NCBI GenBank assembly: GCA_964561545.1
Contig: CAZLQF010000006.1
Span: forward strand, 177 to 64,176
Direction: 5' to 3'
DNA length: 64,000 nt
DNA from: an uncultured Sphingobacteriales bacterium
Lineage (GTDB): Bacteria > Bacteroidota > Bacteroidia > CAILMK01 > CAYYUA01
The position numbers were made by a program, and so were the translations under genes. A model generated the notes under the pieces. It was not told where the DNA came from and ran no database searches. It saw nothing but the letters and a program-made list of their open reading frames with translations. Of this stretch, positions 29,619 to 39,380 are shown one piece after another. Each line of letters opens with the position of its first letter. Position 1 is the stretch's first letter.

Positions 29619-30524
29619 TTATTCACTGGCAAGTGCTTCCGCACCACCGACAATTTCGCTAATTTCTTTGGTAATTGCAGCTTGTCTTGCCTTATTGTAT
29701 TTTAATTTCAGATCGTCTATTAACTCCTGTGCATTATCAGTAGCCTGATCCATCGCAGTCATTCTAGATCCATGTTCAGCTGCATTGGAATCCAACATCA
29801 TCCGGTAAAAATTTACTTTGAGAGATCTGGGTACCAAATCAGCAATGATCTCTTCCTTGGAAGGTTCAAAAATGTAATTGGGTGTTCGCTCTCCGTCTTT
29901 CCCCTCATTTGGATTTTCTTCTTCCTGATTTTCTGCAATAGGCAAAAATTGTTCTGCTGTGGGAATGTAGGTTATAGCATTCTTAAATTGATTGTAAAGC
30001 ACCTCTATTTGATCGTATTCACCATCAAGAAATTGATTCATGATATTGGTGGCAATTGCCTCAGTGTTTTCGTAACTCAAATTGTTGAAAAACTCAGGGT
30101 GATCTCCTACCAGTTCATAATTTCTTTTCTTAAAGTATTCGCTGCCTTTTTTCCCAATACAATAAAGATCAACATTTTTGGCTGAGTTCAGTGCTCGATA
30201 TTGATCTTCCATTTGCTTAAGCGCAAGTTTGTTTATGGAGTTATTGAAAGCACCGCAAAGCCCTTTATCTGAAGTTACTATAACCAACATTACACGATTT
30301 ACGGATCGTTGCTCATAATATCTGCCTACTACACTTTCTTCACCAAGGCTACCGGATAAATCCTGCATAATTTCCTTAAGCTTGGCTGAATATGGACGCA
30401 TCTGCTCAATGGCTTGCTGCGCTCTACGAAGTTTAGCAGCAGCAACCATTTTCATGGCTTTAGTGATCTGCTGGGTATTTTGTACAGAATTTATACGTGT
30501 TCTTATTTCTTTTAAGCTTCCCAT
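29619..30524 (-). CDS. atpG: ATP synthase F1 gamma subunit
   Basis: ITKAMKMVAAAK, SDKGLCGAFN, RQAAITKEI. Confidence 0.99.
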   Translation of the reverse strand: MGSLKEIRTRINSVQNTQQITKAMKMVAAAKLRRAQQAIEQMRPYSAKLKEIMQDLSGSLGEESVVGRYYEQRSVNRVMLVIVTSDKGLCGAFNNSINKLALKQMEDQYRALNSAKNVDLYCIGKKGSEYFKKRNYELVGDHPEFFNNLSYENTEAIATNIMNQFLDGEYDQIEVLYNQFKNAITYIPTAEQFLPIAENQEEENPNEGKDGERTPNYIFEPSKEEIIADLVPRSLKVNFYRMMLDSNAAEHGSRMTAMDQATDNAQELIDDLKLKYNKARQAAITKEISEIVGGAEALASE

Positions 30525-30550
30525 TCAACTATTATTGTGGGGTTCAAGAT

Positions 30551-32131
30551 TTAGCTTTTGTATTTCTCGATCAATTCTTTAGCGAGGTTTTCAATTTTTT
30601 CCTGATGCTCATCTTCCCATTTGCCAGATTTAATAGCATCAAAAACATCTTGATTTTGGGCTTCCATAATTTCAAGGAATTCTTTCTCAAAATCGCGCAC
30701 CTTTTCAGTGGGTATGGAAGACAGCAATCCTTTCGTTCCCAAATGAATGATGGCTACCTGTTTTTCTACAGGATAAGGAGAAAATTGGTCTTGCTTCAAT
30801 AGTTGAACGTTTCTTTCTCCTTTATTTAGAACAGCTTGGGTGGAGGCATCAAGATCAGAACCAAATTTGGCAAATGCCTCAAGTTCCCGATATTGAGCCA
30901 GATCCAGCTTAAGTGTTCCAGCGGTTTTCTTCATGGGTTTAATCTGAGCACTACCACCCACACGTGAAACCGAAATTCCAACATCAATTGCTGGTCTCAT
31001 GCCTGAATTAAACAAATCGGTATCAAGGAAAATCTGCCCATCCGTAATCGAAATAACGTTCGTTGGAATGTAAGCGGAAACGTCACCTGCTTGGGTTTCA
31101 ATAATAGGCAAGGCGGTTAAAGAGCCACCTCCTTTAGCATGGTCTTTTATGCTTTCGGGCAGGTCATTTACCTGACTAGCAATTTCATTGGAGTTAATAA
31201 TTCTGCAAGCCCTTTCAAGCAGCCTTGAGTGAAGATAAAAGACGTCACCGGGGTATGCTTCACGACCCGGGGGCCTTCTCAGTAACAGGGAAACCTCACG
31301 GTAAGCAACTGCTTGCTTGGAAAGGTCATCATAATTAATCAATGCTGCTCGGCCTGTGTCCCTAAAATATTCACCGATGGCACAACCACTAAATGGCGCA
31401 TAAAATTGAAGGGGAGCAGGATCAGCAGCACTTGCGGCTACTACAACCGTATAATCCATGGCCCCTTCTTCTTCTAATTTCTTAACGGTGTGGGCAATGG
31501 TAGAAGCTTTTTGACCGCATGCCACATAGATACAATAAACAGGCTCTCCTTTTTCATAAAATTCACGCTGGTTAATAATGGTGTCTATGCCGATGGTACT
31601 TTTACCAATTTGACGGTCCCCAATGATCAATTCCCTTTGTCCTCTACCGATAGGTATCATGGAGTCAATGGCTTTAATACCCGTCTGCAAAGGTTCGTCA
31701 ACTGGTTGCCGGTAGATAACGCCAGGTGCTTTTCTTTCAATAGGCATTTCATAAGATTCGCTAGTTATAGGGCCTTTCCCATCAATAGGCTGACCTAATG
31801 GATCAACAACCCGGCCTAACATACCTTCACTAACATTAATAGAGGCAATTTTTTTAGTACGCTTGGCCGAGGATCCTTCTTTAATGCCTTCTTCACTTCC
31901 CAATAATACCGCACCCACATTGTCTTCTTCAAGATTCAGGACAATGCCTTGTGTACCTTGTTCAAACTCAATGAGCTCTCCAGATCTAACTGAACTCAAT
32001 CCATATATCCGAGCGATACCATCTCCTACTTGGAGTACAGTACCTACTTCCTGAAGGTCTGTATCTGTTTTAAATTCTGAAAGTTCCTGCCTTAGTATTT
32101 CAGAAACTTCATCAGGTCTAACGTCTACCAT
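30551..32131 (-). CDS. atpA: ATP synthase F1 alpha subunit
   Basis: GDRQIGKS P-loop, [21 protein letters not shown]. Confidence 0.99.
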   Translation of the reverse strand: MVDVRPDEVSEILRQELSEFKTDTDLQEVGTVLQVGDGIARIYGLSSVRSGELIEFEQGTQGIVLNLEEDNVGAVLLGSEEGIKEGSSAKRTKKIASINVSEGMLGRVVDPLGQPIDGKGPITSESYEMPIERKAPGVIYRQPVDEPLQTGIKAIDSMIPIGRGQRELIIGDRQIGKSTIGIDTIINQREFYEKGEPVYCIYVACGQKASTIAHTVKKLEEEGAMDYTVVVAASAADPAPLQFYAPFSGCAIGEYFRDTGRAALINYDDLSKQAVAYREVSLLLRRPPGREAYPGDVFYLHSRLLERACRIINSNEIASQVNDLPESIKDHAKGGGSLTALPIIETQAGDVSAYIPTNVISITDGQIFLDTDLFNSGMRPAIDVGISVSRVGGSAQIKPMKKTAGTLKLDLAQYRELEAFAKFGSDLDASTQAVLNKGERNVQLLKQDQFSPYPVEKQVAIIHLGTKGLLSSIPTEKVRDFEKEFLEIMEAQNQDVFDAIKSGKWEDEHQEKIENLAKELIEKYKS

Positions 32132-32161
32132 TCTTATTTAATTTATAATTTTCTACAATGT

Positions 32162-32698
32162 TTAATTTTTTAAAGCTTTATTAAAATGTGCTAGTTTGGA
32201 TGCTACGCTGGCATCCCAAAGTTTGTCTCCAAACTTTAAAACAAATCCACCAATCAAGCTTTCATCGACCATATTTTCAAGCTTCACTTCTTTTACATGG
32301 TGGTCCTTTAATTTTTCTTTCATTTTCTCCTTAGTCTCATCCGGAAGCTCTATTGAAGTATAAACCTGGGCATCATATATGCCATTCAATAATTTGTATT
32401 GCCTTACAACATGTTCAAAAATCTCTTTCAAAGCATTACCCCTTTTCTTCCTCAATACGAGATCAACAAATTTCTGGGTGTATTCTGAAAGGTGATTTTC
32501 AAAAATACGCTTAAAAATATTCTTTTTCTTATCCAGTGAAATGATTGGATTTTCTAAAGAAACTACAAGCAGCCTGTTATCAGCACAAACTTGTAGAAAT
32601 GTTTGAGCATCTTGGTAGATGTTTTCGATCTGATCTTCTTTCTTGCCCAGATCAATCAGCGATTTTGCATACCTGGATGCAACCCTTGATAATGACAT
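32162..32698 (-). CDS. atpH: ATP synthase F1 delta subunit
   Basis: VASRYAKSL, DESLIGGF; operon position. Confidence 0.96.
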   Translation of the reverse strand: MSLSRVASRYAKSLIDLGKKEDQIENIYQDAQTFLQVCADNRLLVVSLENPIISLDKKKNIFKRIFENHLSEYTQKFVDLVLRKKRGNALKEIFEHVVRQYKLLNGIYDAQVYTSIELPDETKEKMKEKLKDHHVKEVKLENMVDESLIGGFVLKFGDKLWDASVASKLAHFNKALKN

Positions 32699-32701
32699 AA
32701 C

Positions 32702-33196
32702 TTAGTTTAAGTTAGTTTCTTCTAAATATTCATCTATTAATTGTTCTTGGTCTTCTTTGGTGGATAATTCCCGTTTCACAATTTTAGTGGCCACTTGAAC
32801 AGCAATGTTTCCTACCTCGCTTTTAAGCTCCTTAAAAGCTTTATCCCTTTCCTTCTCTATATTGGCTTTAGCCTCATCTAAAATACGCTGGTGTTCTTGC
32901 TTTGCTTCTTCTCTGGCTTCACTGATGATCTTTTCTTTGTTATCCTTGGCTTCCTTTAGGATCTTATCCCGCTCAACCTTAGCTTCTTCCACCAATTTTT
33001 CATTTTCAGCTTTAAGGTTGTCCATTTCCTCTCGTGCTTTTTTGGCATCATTCAAAGCCTCTTCAATCGATTTTTCCCGTTCACTTAAAGAATGGGTAAT
33101 TGGTTTCCAAGCATATTTGGATAACAGCCATAAGACAATCAGAAAAATTATCAAGGTCCAGAAAAACAATCCTAAATCTGGTGTTAACAGCTCCAT
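32702..33196 (-). CDS. atpF: ATP synthase F0 b subunit
   Basis: N-terminal TM helix, KYAWKPI, long coiled coil. Confidence 0.97.
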   Translation of the reverse strand: MELLTPDLGLFFWTLIIFLIVLWLLSKYAWKPITHSLSEREKSIEEALNDAKKAREEMDNLKAENEKLVEEAKVERDKILKEAKDNKEKIISEAREEAKQEHQRILDEAKANIEKERDKAFKELKSEVGNIAVQVATKIVKRELSTKEDQEQLIDEYLEETNLN

Positions 33197-33230
33197 AAAT
33201 ATAATTAAGTTTTAATTGTACAGTATAAAC

Positions 33231-33265
33231 ACCTGCTCTTGCAGCCAATCGCTACAAGAGCAGGT
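33231..33265 (-). other. 15-bp hairpin in the atpE-atpF spacer
   Basis: mRNA ACCUGCUCUUGUAGC-GAUUG-GCUGCAAGAGCAGGU with one G-U pair and no U-tract. Confidence 0.75.
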
Positions 33266-33275
33266 TCACTAAAAG

Positions 33276-33566
<291 letters not shown>

Positions 33567-34637
33567 TTATTCATGATGTTCTTCTATTGCTTGCCCTATA
33601 AAAACTGCCGATAACATGGCAAATATATAAGCCTGAATGGCAGCGACTAATAATTTAAGGAAGTAAAGGAATATGGTAAACGCCATAGAAAAAGGCGAAA
33701 TAATGTAACCGATACCTGCACTCATTTCCCCGAAAATGAATATCAAGCTAATGATGCTTAATATTATAATATGACCGGCCGTCATATTGGCAAACAGACG
33801 GATGGTTAAAGCAACAGGCTTGGTAAATATTCCAATGAATTCAACGAGTGGCATAATGGGAATGGGAAGCTTAAGCCATATCGGAACTCCAGGTGTATTA
33901 AAAATATGCTTCCAATAATCTTTTGTAGCACTCACATTGGTTACAATAAAAGTGATTAAAGAAAGGGCCAATGTTACTGCAATATTACCTGTAACGTTGG
34001 CTGCTCCAGGAATTAACCCGAGCAAGTTGTTAAGCCAAACGAAGAAAAATACAGTTATGATGTAAGGAAAATACTTGATCCATTTATCACCGATGGCAGG
34101 TTTGGTAATTTCATCCCTAACAAAGACAATCACAGGCTCTAATAAAGATTGAGAGCCTTTGGGTACTGAGTTGGGGTTTTGCTTGTAACGCCGCGCAATT
34201 GACAAAAAGAGGAGCAGCAGCAATACTGCACTGATCATCATGGAAAAGACGTTTTTGGTAATGGAAAAATCATAAAAACTCTTTCCGTCTTTACGTGTCA
34301 AATCACCATGATGCAGTTCATAACCTTTGTAGGTATGGTCCTCACTTTTATACAAGTTTTTAGAAATAAATACATCCAATCCTTCCCCAGGGGTATATAA
34401 AATCATGGGCAGATGAATGGTGGCATGAAAATCTCCAATTGTAAAGAAATGCCATTTATAACCATCTTTAATATGATGCATGATCATATCACCAGGACTG
34501 AACCCCTCTTCTTGCTTAGCCTGTTCTTCACTTTCCGAAGAGGAAGCTTGGATTGAATTATACGATACTAATAAAGAGAGGAAAATCGTGAGTAAACTCG
34601 CTCTTAAAAATAGATTATTTGCCTTTTTCACTTTCAT
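33567..34637 (-). CDS. atpB: ATP synthase F0 a subunit
   Basis: LTIRLFANMTAGH, IQAYIF; long Bacteroidota-type N-terminus. Confidence 0.98.
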   Translation of the reverse strand: MKVKKANNLFLRASLLTIFLSLLVSYNSIQASSSESEEQAKQEEGFSPGDMIMHHIKDGYKWHFFTIGDFHATIHLPMILYTPGEGLDVFISKNLYKSEDHTYKGYELHHGDLTRKDGKSFYDFSITKNVFSMMISAVLLLLLFLSIARRYKQNPNSVPKGSQSLLEPVIVFVRDEITKPAIGDKWIKYFPYIITVFFFVWLNNLLGLIPGAANVTGNIAVTLALSLITFIVTNVSATKDYWKHIFNTPGVPIWLKLPIPIMPLVEFIGIFTKPVALTIRLFANMTAGHIIILSIISLIFIFGEMSAGIGYIISPFSMAFTIFLYFLKLLVAAIQAYIFAMLSAVFIGQAIEEHHE

Positions 34638-35028
34638 TAGACCTATTTAAATGCGGGCGCAATTTATGTATTAATTGAGAAACTTCAAATATTGTGAATA
34701 AAACATATGCAATAAGAAAACTAACTACGATGAACAGCGTATTAGGGTAATTTTGAACCAATACATAAAGCACCAATAAAAAGATTACAATTTTTACCAT
34801 TAGGCTTCCGGATAGTGCAGCCATAAAGTGAGCATGCTTATTTTTAAACGTAGCCAAAAGGGCAATTCCAGAGGCAAGCCCCATTGAACCAACAAAAAGG
34901 GTCATTATTAAAGCAACTTGGAAAAACTCAAATTGGTCCAATAATAAAAATGAAAAATTCAAGAGTAAGATCAAAACCCAAAAAAGGACATAGTTACGGA
35001 TAAAGCCAAAAATTTCTGATTTGTTCAT
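34615..35028 (-). CDS. AtpI-like 4-TM accessory protein
   Basis: Four hydrophobic helices, YVLFTIFEV; directly upstream of atpB. Confidence 0.8.
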   Translation of the reverse strand: MNKSEIFGFIRNYVLFWVLILLLNFSFLLLDQFEFFQVALIMTLFVGSMGLASGIALLATFKNKHAHFMAALSGSLMVKIVIFLLVLYVLVQNYPNTLFIVVSFLIAYVLFTIFEVSQLIHKLRPHLNRSNESEKGK

Positions 35029-35288
35029 TGTTTGGTTACTTCTTTAACAATTTGAGCCAAGGCGATGATAATAGCAAGAAGAGAAAAAATTATGGTAAGA
35101 AAAGGGATCTTTGTTTCGATCAATTGATCAAGCCAGTGGCCAATGCCAAAACCAATAAGTACTGCCGCAACCAACTGAAATCCCAATCCTAAGTACTTGC
35201 TGTAATTATACAGATGTGGCTTTTTCGGATTTTGATTGTTGTTGGTTTGTTGATTGTGCTCCGTTTTGTTGTTCCTTTCCTTGTTCAC
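35025..35288 (-). CDS. AtpZ/AtpI family protein
   Basis: KYLGLGFQL...GHWLD two-TM pattern; operon position; start uncertain. Confidence 0.85.
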   Translation of the reverse strand: MNKERNNKTEHNQQTNNNQNPKKPHLYNYSKYLGLGFQLVAAVLIGFGIGHWLDQLIETKIPFLTIIFSLLAIIIALAQIVKEVTKQ

Positions 35289-35703
35289 GTCCGTTATTTA
35301 TGTTTTCAGCATGTTCTTTGGGCTGAACAGCTTCCCCCATCTTACATTGGCCATTAAATTGGGCTCCTTTATCAACAACCAATCTTTTGGTATGGATATC
35401 TCCATCAACTTTTGATTTTTCCTTAAGATATAGTAAGTCCTTGATGTAAACGTTGCCTTGCACCTGGCCAGTTAGATCTGCATTCTGGCAATATAGATTT
35501 CCTTCTACACGTCCGCTTTCTCCCAAAACAACTTTAGCTTTTGAATTTATATCGCCGTTAACCTTGCCATCTATCCGGATATCACTTTCCGTGTCAACCT
35601 CTCCATTAATTGTTGTGGTAGCTCCTATTAGATTAATGGAGTTTGAAGCATATTCTCCATTCTTCTTACTTAATCCATTTCCACTTTTTTCACGCTTAAA
35701 CAT
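35206..35703 (-). CDS. Bactofilin (polymer-forming cytoskeletal protein)
   Basis: IRIDGKVNGDI beta-helix repeats, GAQFNGQCKM. Confidence 0.93.
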   Translation of the reverse strand: MFKREKSGNGLSKKNGEYASNSINLIGATTTINGEVDTESDIRIDGKVNGDINSKAKVVLGESGRVEGNLYCQNADLTGQVQGNVYIKDLLYLKEKSKVDGDIHTKRLVVDKGAQFNGQCKMGEAVQPKEHAENINNGREQGKEQQNGAQSTNQQQSKSEKATSV

Positions 35704-35731
35704 ATGTTGTTTTTTTAATTTCAGAAGTTAG

Positions 35732-36583
35732 TTAAAATGCTATATATTGTTCGGGATCTACGGGCTCGCCATCATACCATAACTCAAAATGCAAATGGGG
35801 CCCTCTGCTTAATTCGCCTGTTTCACCAATAATTGAAATCACCTCACCAGCTTCAACGAAATTACCAACTTTTTTTAACAATTCAGAATTGTGCTTATAA
35901 ACGGAAACGAGATTATTCGTATGTTGAAGGATGATGACATGGCCTGTTGAGGCTGACCATTCAGCAAATACCACAACACCATCTAATGCTGCTTTAATAC
36001 CAACATCTGAAGGCCCTACAATATCCACCGCATAATGTTCTTTCGATCTTTGATAATTCTCAGTTACAACCCCTTTTAGTGGTGTAAAAAAAGCATAATC
36101 TGAAACATCCTTTTTTTCAGAAACGTTGGGTTCGAACATTGGGGTATAAGAATCACGATTTTCGTAATTTGTTTGCAAAAGCGTGTCTACATTAGAGGAA
36201 GTATCAACCACCAAATCTTTCCGTTTTACTTCCTGCGTTTGGTTAAGGTTTTCAATGTTACCGGTGTCTGGTGCCATATTTCCGTTAAGAATGTTTTTCA
36301 CATTGTTTAAATAGGCTTTTTGGCGCGCTAAAACCTTCTCTAAAGAATCTGCTCGGTAGTTAAGTCGATTGACCTTTTTACGGGTTTCTATATCACCATA
36401 ACCGGGTATATAGGTTTTTAAAGGTGTAAAAACGATCAACAAAAAGGTCAATGCAAACATTAGTACAAAAAATATGCTAAAAAAGGTCAATAAATTAAGC
36501 CCCTTAAAAGAAAAGGATCCTTTTTCCTCAAAATTTTTGTCATTTAAAATGACAAACCGGTATTTATTTTTAAGTCTTCTCAA
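35732..36583 (-). CDS. M23 family metallopeptidase
   Basis: HYAVD, YKHNS, GPHLHFELW; N-terminal TM helix and YIPGY. Confidence 0.95.
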   Translation of the reverse strand: MRRLKNKYRFVILNDKNFEEKGSFSFKGLNLLTFFSIFFVLMFALTFLLIVFTPLKTYIPGYGDIETRKKVNRLNYRADSLEKVLARQKAYLNNVKNILNGNMAPDTGNIENLNQTQEVKRKDLVVDTSSNVDTLLQTNYENRDSYTPMFEPNVSEKKDVSDYAFFTPLKGVVTENYQRSKEHYAVDIVGPSDVGIKAALDGVVVFAEWSASTGHVIILQHTNNLVSVYKHNSELLKKVGNFVEAGEVISIIGETGELSRGPHLHFELWYDGEPVDPEQYIAF

Positions 36584-36638
36584 ATATTTGTTTGGATTTA
36601 AACAAGCCTTACTAACAAGGAATTAAATAAAATTAAAA

Positions 36639-36660
36639 TAATTTTGTCTGCGCAAAGTTA
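36639..36660. promoter_or_regulatory. Face-to-face -7 boxes: TAATTTTG (+, toward sprE/porW) and TAACTTTG (-, toward the M23-atp genes)
   Basis: TAnnTTTG at 36639-36646 (+) and 36653-36660 (-). Confidence 0.55.
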
Positions 36661-36698
36661 TTACAACAAATTGAAACCTTAAAAAGTAGTAATATAGC

Positions 36699-39368
36699 TT
36701 GCAAAAGCGAATTTTAAATCTTGTTGCCATATTTTGTACTTTATTGGTACTTTCAGGATGTAATGCACTCGAGGGCACTCAGTTAGCCAAGTTTTACCAT
36801 GATGTGACGGCTAAATACAATGGCTACTTCAACGCCCGGGAGCTCATGAAGGATGTGGAGGAGCAAGTCCAAAAAAGCCAAAAAGAAGATTACACTGAAA
36901 TTTTAGCGGTCTATGAGCTGGGTGATCAAAAAATTGCTAAAAGTGTAACTGGCAAGTGCGACAAAGTTATTAAAAAAACTACCAAAGTCATTCAAAATCA
37001 TGACGTAAGTAAATGGGTGGATGATTGCTATTTTCAAATGGCCAAGGCTTATCTTTACAAAGGAGATCACTACGCAGCTTTAGAAACTTTTAAATTTATA
37101 CAGAACAAGTTTGAAGGTAACATCAGAGCTTATGAATCAATGATATGGATGGTTTTAACCAACATACAGCTCGAAAATTACAATGATGCCCAGGCCATTT
37201 TAACGCGTATCGACAGTGAAGATGAATTTCCTGATGAACTCAATAAAGATCTGAACTTAACTAAAGCTTACCTTAACATCAAACTCGAAGAATACCAAAA
37301 TGCTGTACAACCCCTAAGAATTGGACTGCCCTACATTGATGAAAAATATCGTCAAAATAGGATTAATTTCATACTGGCACAAGTTTACCAGGAAACCGGC
37401 CAATGTCAGCAAGCTTCTAAATTGTACGGTCAGGTTTTGAGCAAAACGCCCCCCTATGAATTGGCATTCCATGCGCGTCTTAACCGTTCTAAATGTTTGA
37501 GGAAAACAGCAGGTAAAAGCACAAAGGAGGTCAAGGAAGATCTTTTGGAAATGGTGGAGGATGATAAAAACATTGAATATTTTGGTCAGATCTACTACGA
37601 ATTGGCCCTCATAGCTTTTAGCCAAGGCAATAGAGATTTAGGCACAAAATACCTTAAAAAATCTATTAGGACCAATCAAGGGAATAAAGGCCAAAAAGGC
37701 AAGTCTTATTTGGCGCTGGCCCGTTACTTCTTTGACAAAACAGCATATAAAAAGGCTAAAGCTTATTATGACAGTACCATGATGTTCTTAAAAGAAGATC
37801 ATCCTTCCTATGAAAGGATAGCGTCAAAAAATGAAGTCCTTAATGAGCTTATCAAAAACATTCAAAAAATTGAAGTACAGGATAGCCTGCAAGATATGGC
37901 TGAGCTAAGCCAAGAGGAACTTAAAAACAAAATCCAAAAGGATATAAAAGCATATAAAGAAAACCAAAAAGCACAAAAAAAAGAAGAAAAAAGAAGAGAG
38001 CGAGCACAAGAACGTCAACGGAGAGTGGGAAATAATAGGAATCGTAGCAATACCCGATCTGAATCAACTGGTGGCAACGACCAGTTTGGCGGCCAGGATG
38101 GAGCCTGGTATTTTTACAATCCAAGAGCTTTGGGCGTAGGTTATTCCAATTTTCAAGAAAATTGGGGCAATCGGCCGCTTATCGATAATTGGCGGTTTAA
38201 AACTAAAGAATCTCGGGAAGCAAGAGCTGAGCGTAAGGGTCAAGAAGGGGACCAACTAACAGGGTTAGATACCGCTAACCAGAAGAACTTAGCAGGCAAT
38301 GATAAGATGCCCGAAAACTTTTCAGAGCTTCCAAGGGCTAAACAGCAGTTTTATTTAAACATACCTTTTACCCCTCCGCAAATGAGTGCTTCCAATAATG
38401 AAATAGAAGAAGCGCTTTATCAATTAGGGAACATTTATGAACAAGACCTGAAAGATTACCAAATGGCGGTAAATGAATACAAACAATTGTTAGAGCGTTT
38501 TCCCGAAACCTCATACAAAGTTCAAGCCTACTACCACTTGTACAAATCTTTCAAAAACATGGGTAATGAGAAAAAAGCTCAGCAATACAAAAACAAATTA
38601 TTATCTGAATTTCCCGAAAGCGAGTACGCCATACTGATTAAAGACCCCAAGCAGTTCCGGCAGATGAAAACCCAGGAAACCAACCCTCAATTAGAAAATC
38701 ATTATTTTAAAACTTACCAGGCTTATCAAAATGATAATTGTAGTCAAGTAATTGCGCGTAAGAATGCAGTAGACACCATGTTTACTGACAATTACTTAAG
38801 GGCTAAATACCAATACCTCAACCTGCTGTGTAAAGGAAAAAATGATACCATTACAGTTTTTAAGGAAAACCTTAAACAATTCACCAACAAGTATCCCGAT
38901 CAGGCCATTGCCAATCATGCCCAAAACGTACTGGATTATTTAAACAAGTTGGATGAAAAAGGTACTGCTAAAGAAACCCAAGCTAAATTTAGCACTCCCT
39001 TTAAACTTGGTGACCAAAAACCTCACATGTACTTAATGATCTTTGCTTTGGATTCCGGTCAAACGAATTCAATAAAAGGTTCATTTTCCAATTACAACCA
39101 AAATTATTACGAATTCCTAAATCTAAAAACCAGGGATATTCTTTACAATAAAGATACGCAAATGGTTGCTGTAAAAGGTTTTAAAGATAAAGCGCAAGCC
39201 CTTAAATACATGAACAGTTTAGAAGCAGATGGCGAATTCCAGAACAAACTCAAAGTTGATAGCTATTCACATTATGTGATTTCAGAAGAGAATTTTAAAA
39301 TTTTTAGAAAAAGGAAAAACTTAAGTATTTATAAAAAGTATTTTAACCTAACTTACATAGAAGAATAA
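36699..39368 (+). CDS. porW: T9SS/gliding TPR lipoprotein SprE/PorW
   Basis: Lipobox LSGC, FYHDVTAKYNGYFNA, SKWVDD, WYFYN...WGNRPLIDNWR; TPR repeats. Confidence 0.88.
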   Translation: MQKRILNLVAIFCTLLVLSGCNALEGTQLAKFYHDVTAKYNGYFNARELMKDVEEQVQKSQKEDYTEILAVYELGDQKIAKSVTGKCDKVIKKTTKVIQNHDVSKWVDDCYFQMAKAYLYKGDHYAALETFKFIQNKFEGNIRAYESMIWMVLTNIQLENYNDAQAILTRIDSEDEFPDELNKDLNLTKAYLNIKLEEYQNAVQPLRIGLPYIDEKYRQNRINFILAQVYQETGQCQQASKLYGQVLSKTPPYELAFHARLNRSKCLRKTAGKSTKEVKEDLLEMVEDDKNIEYFGQIYYELALIAFSQGNRDLGTKYLKKSIRTNQGNKGQKGKSYLALARYFFDKTAYKKAKAYYDSTMMFLKEDHPSYERIASKNEVLNELIKNIQKIEVQDSLQDMAELSQEELKNKIQKDIKAYKENQKAQKKEEKRRERAQERQRRVGNNRNRSNTRSESTGGNDQFGGQDGAWYFYNPRALGVGYSNFQENWGNRPLIDNWRFKTKESREARAERKGQEGDQLTGLDTANQKNLAGNDKMPENFSELPRAKQQFYLNIPFTPPQMSASNNEIEEALYQLGNIYEQDLKDYQMAVNEYKQLLERFPETSYKVQAYYHLYKSFKNMGNEKKAQQYKNKLLSEFPESEYAILIKDPKQFRQMKTQETNPQLENHYFKTYQAYQNDNCSQVIARKNAVDTMFTDNYLRAKYQYLNLLCKGKNDTITVFKENLKQFTNKYPDQAIANHAQNVLDYLNKLDEKGTAKETQAKFSTPFKLGDQKPHMYLMIFALDSGQTNSIKGSFSNYNQNYYEFLNLKTRDILYNKDTQMVAVKGFKDKAQALKYMNSLEADGEFQNKLKVDSYSHYVISEENFKIFRKRKNLSIYKKYFNLTYIEE

Positions 39369-39380
39369 GCACGCTTAACA

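Noticed and set aside
35206-35288. 83-nt overlap between bactofilin and atpZ
   Set aside because: Both overlapping segments are low-complexity tails and the atpZ start is uncertain; no sign of recoding
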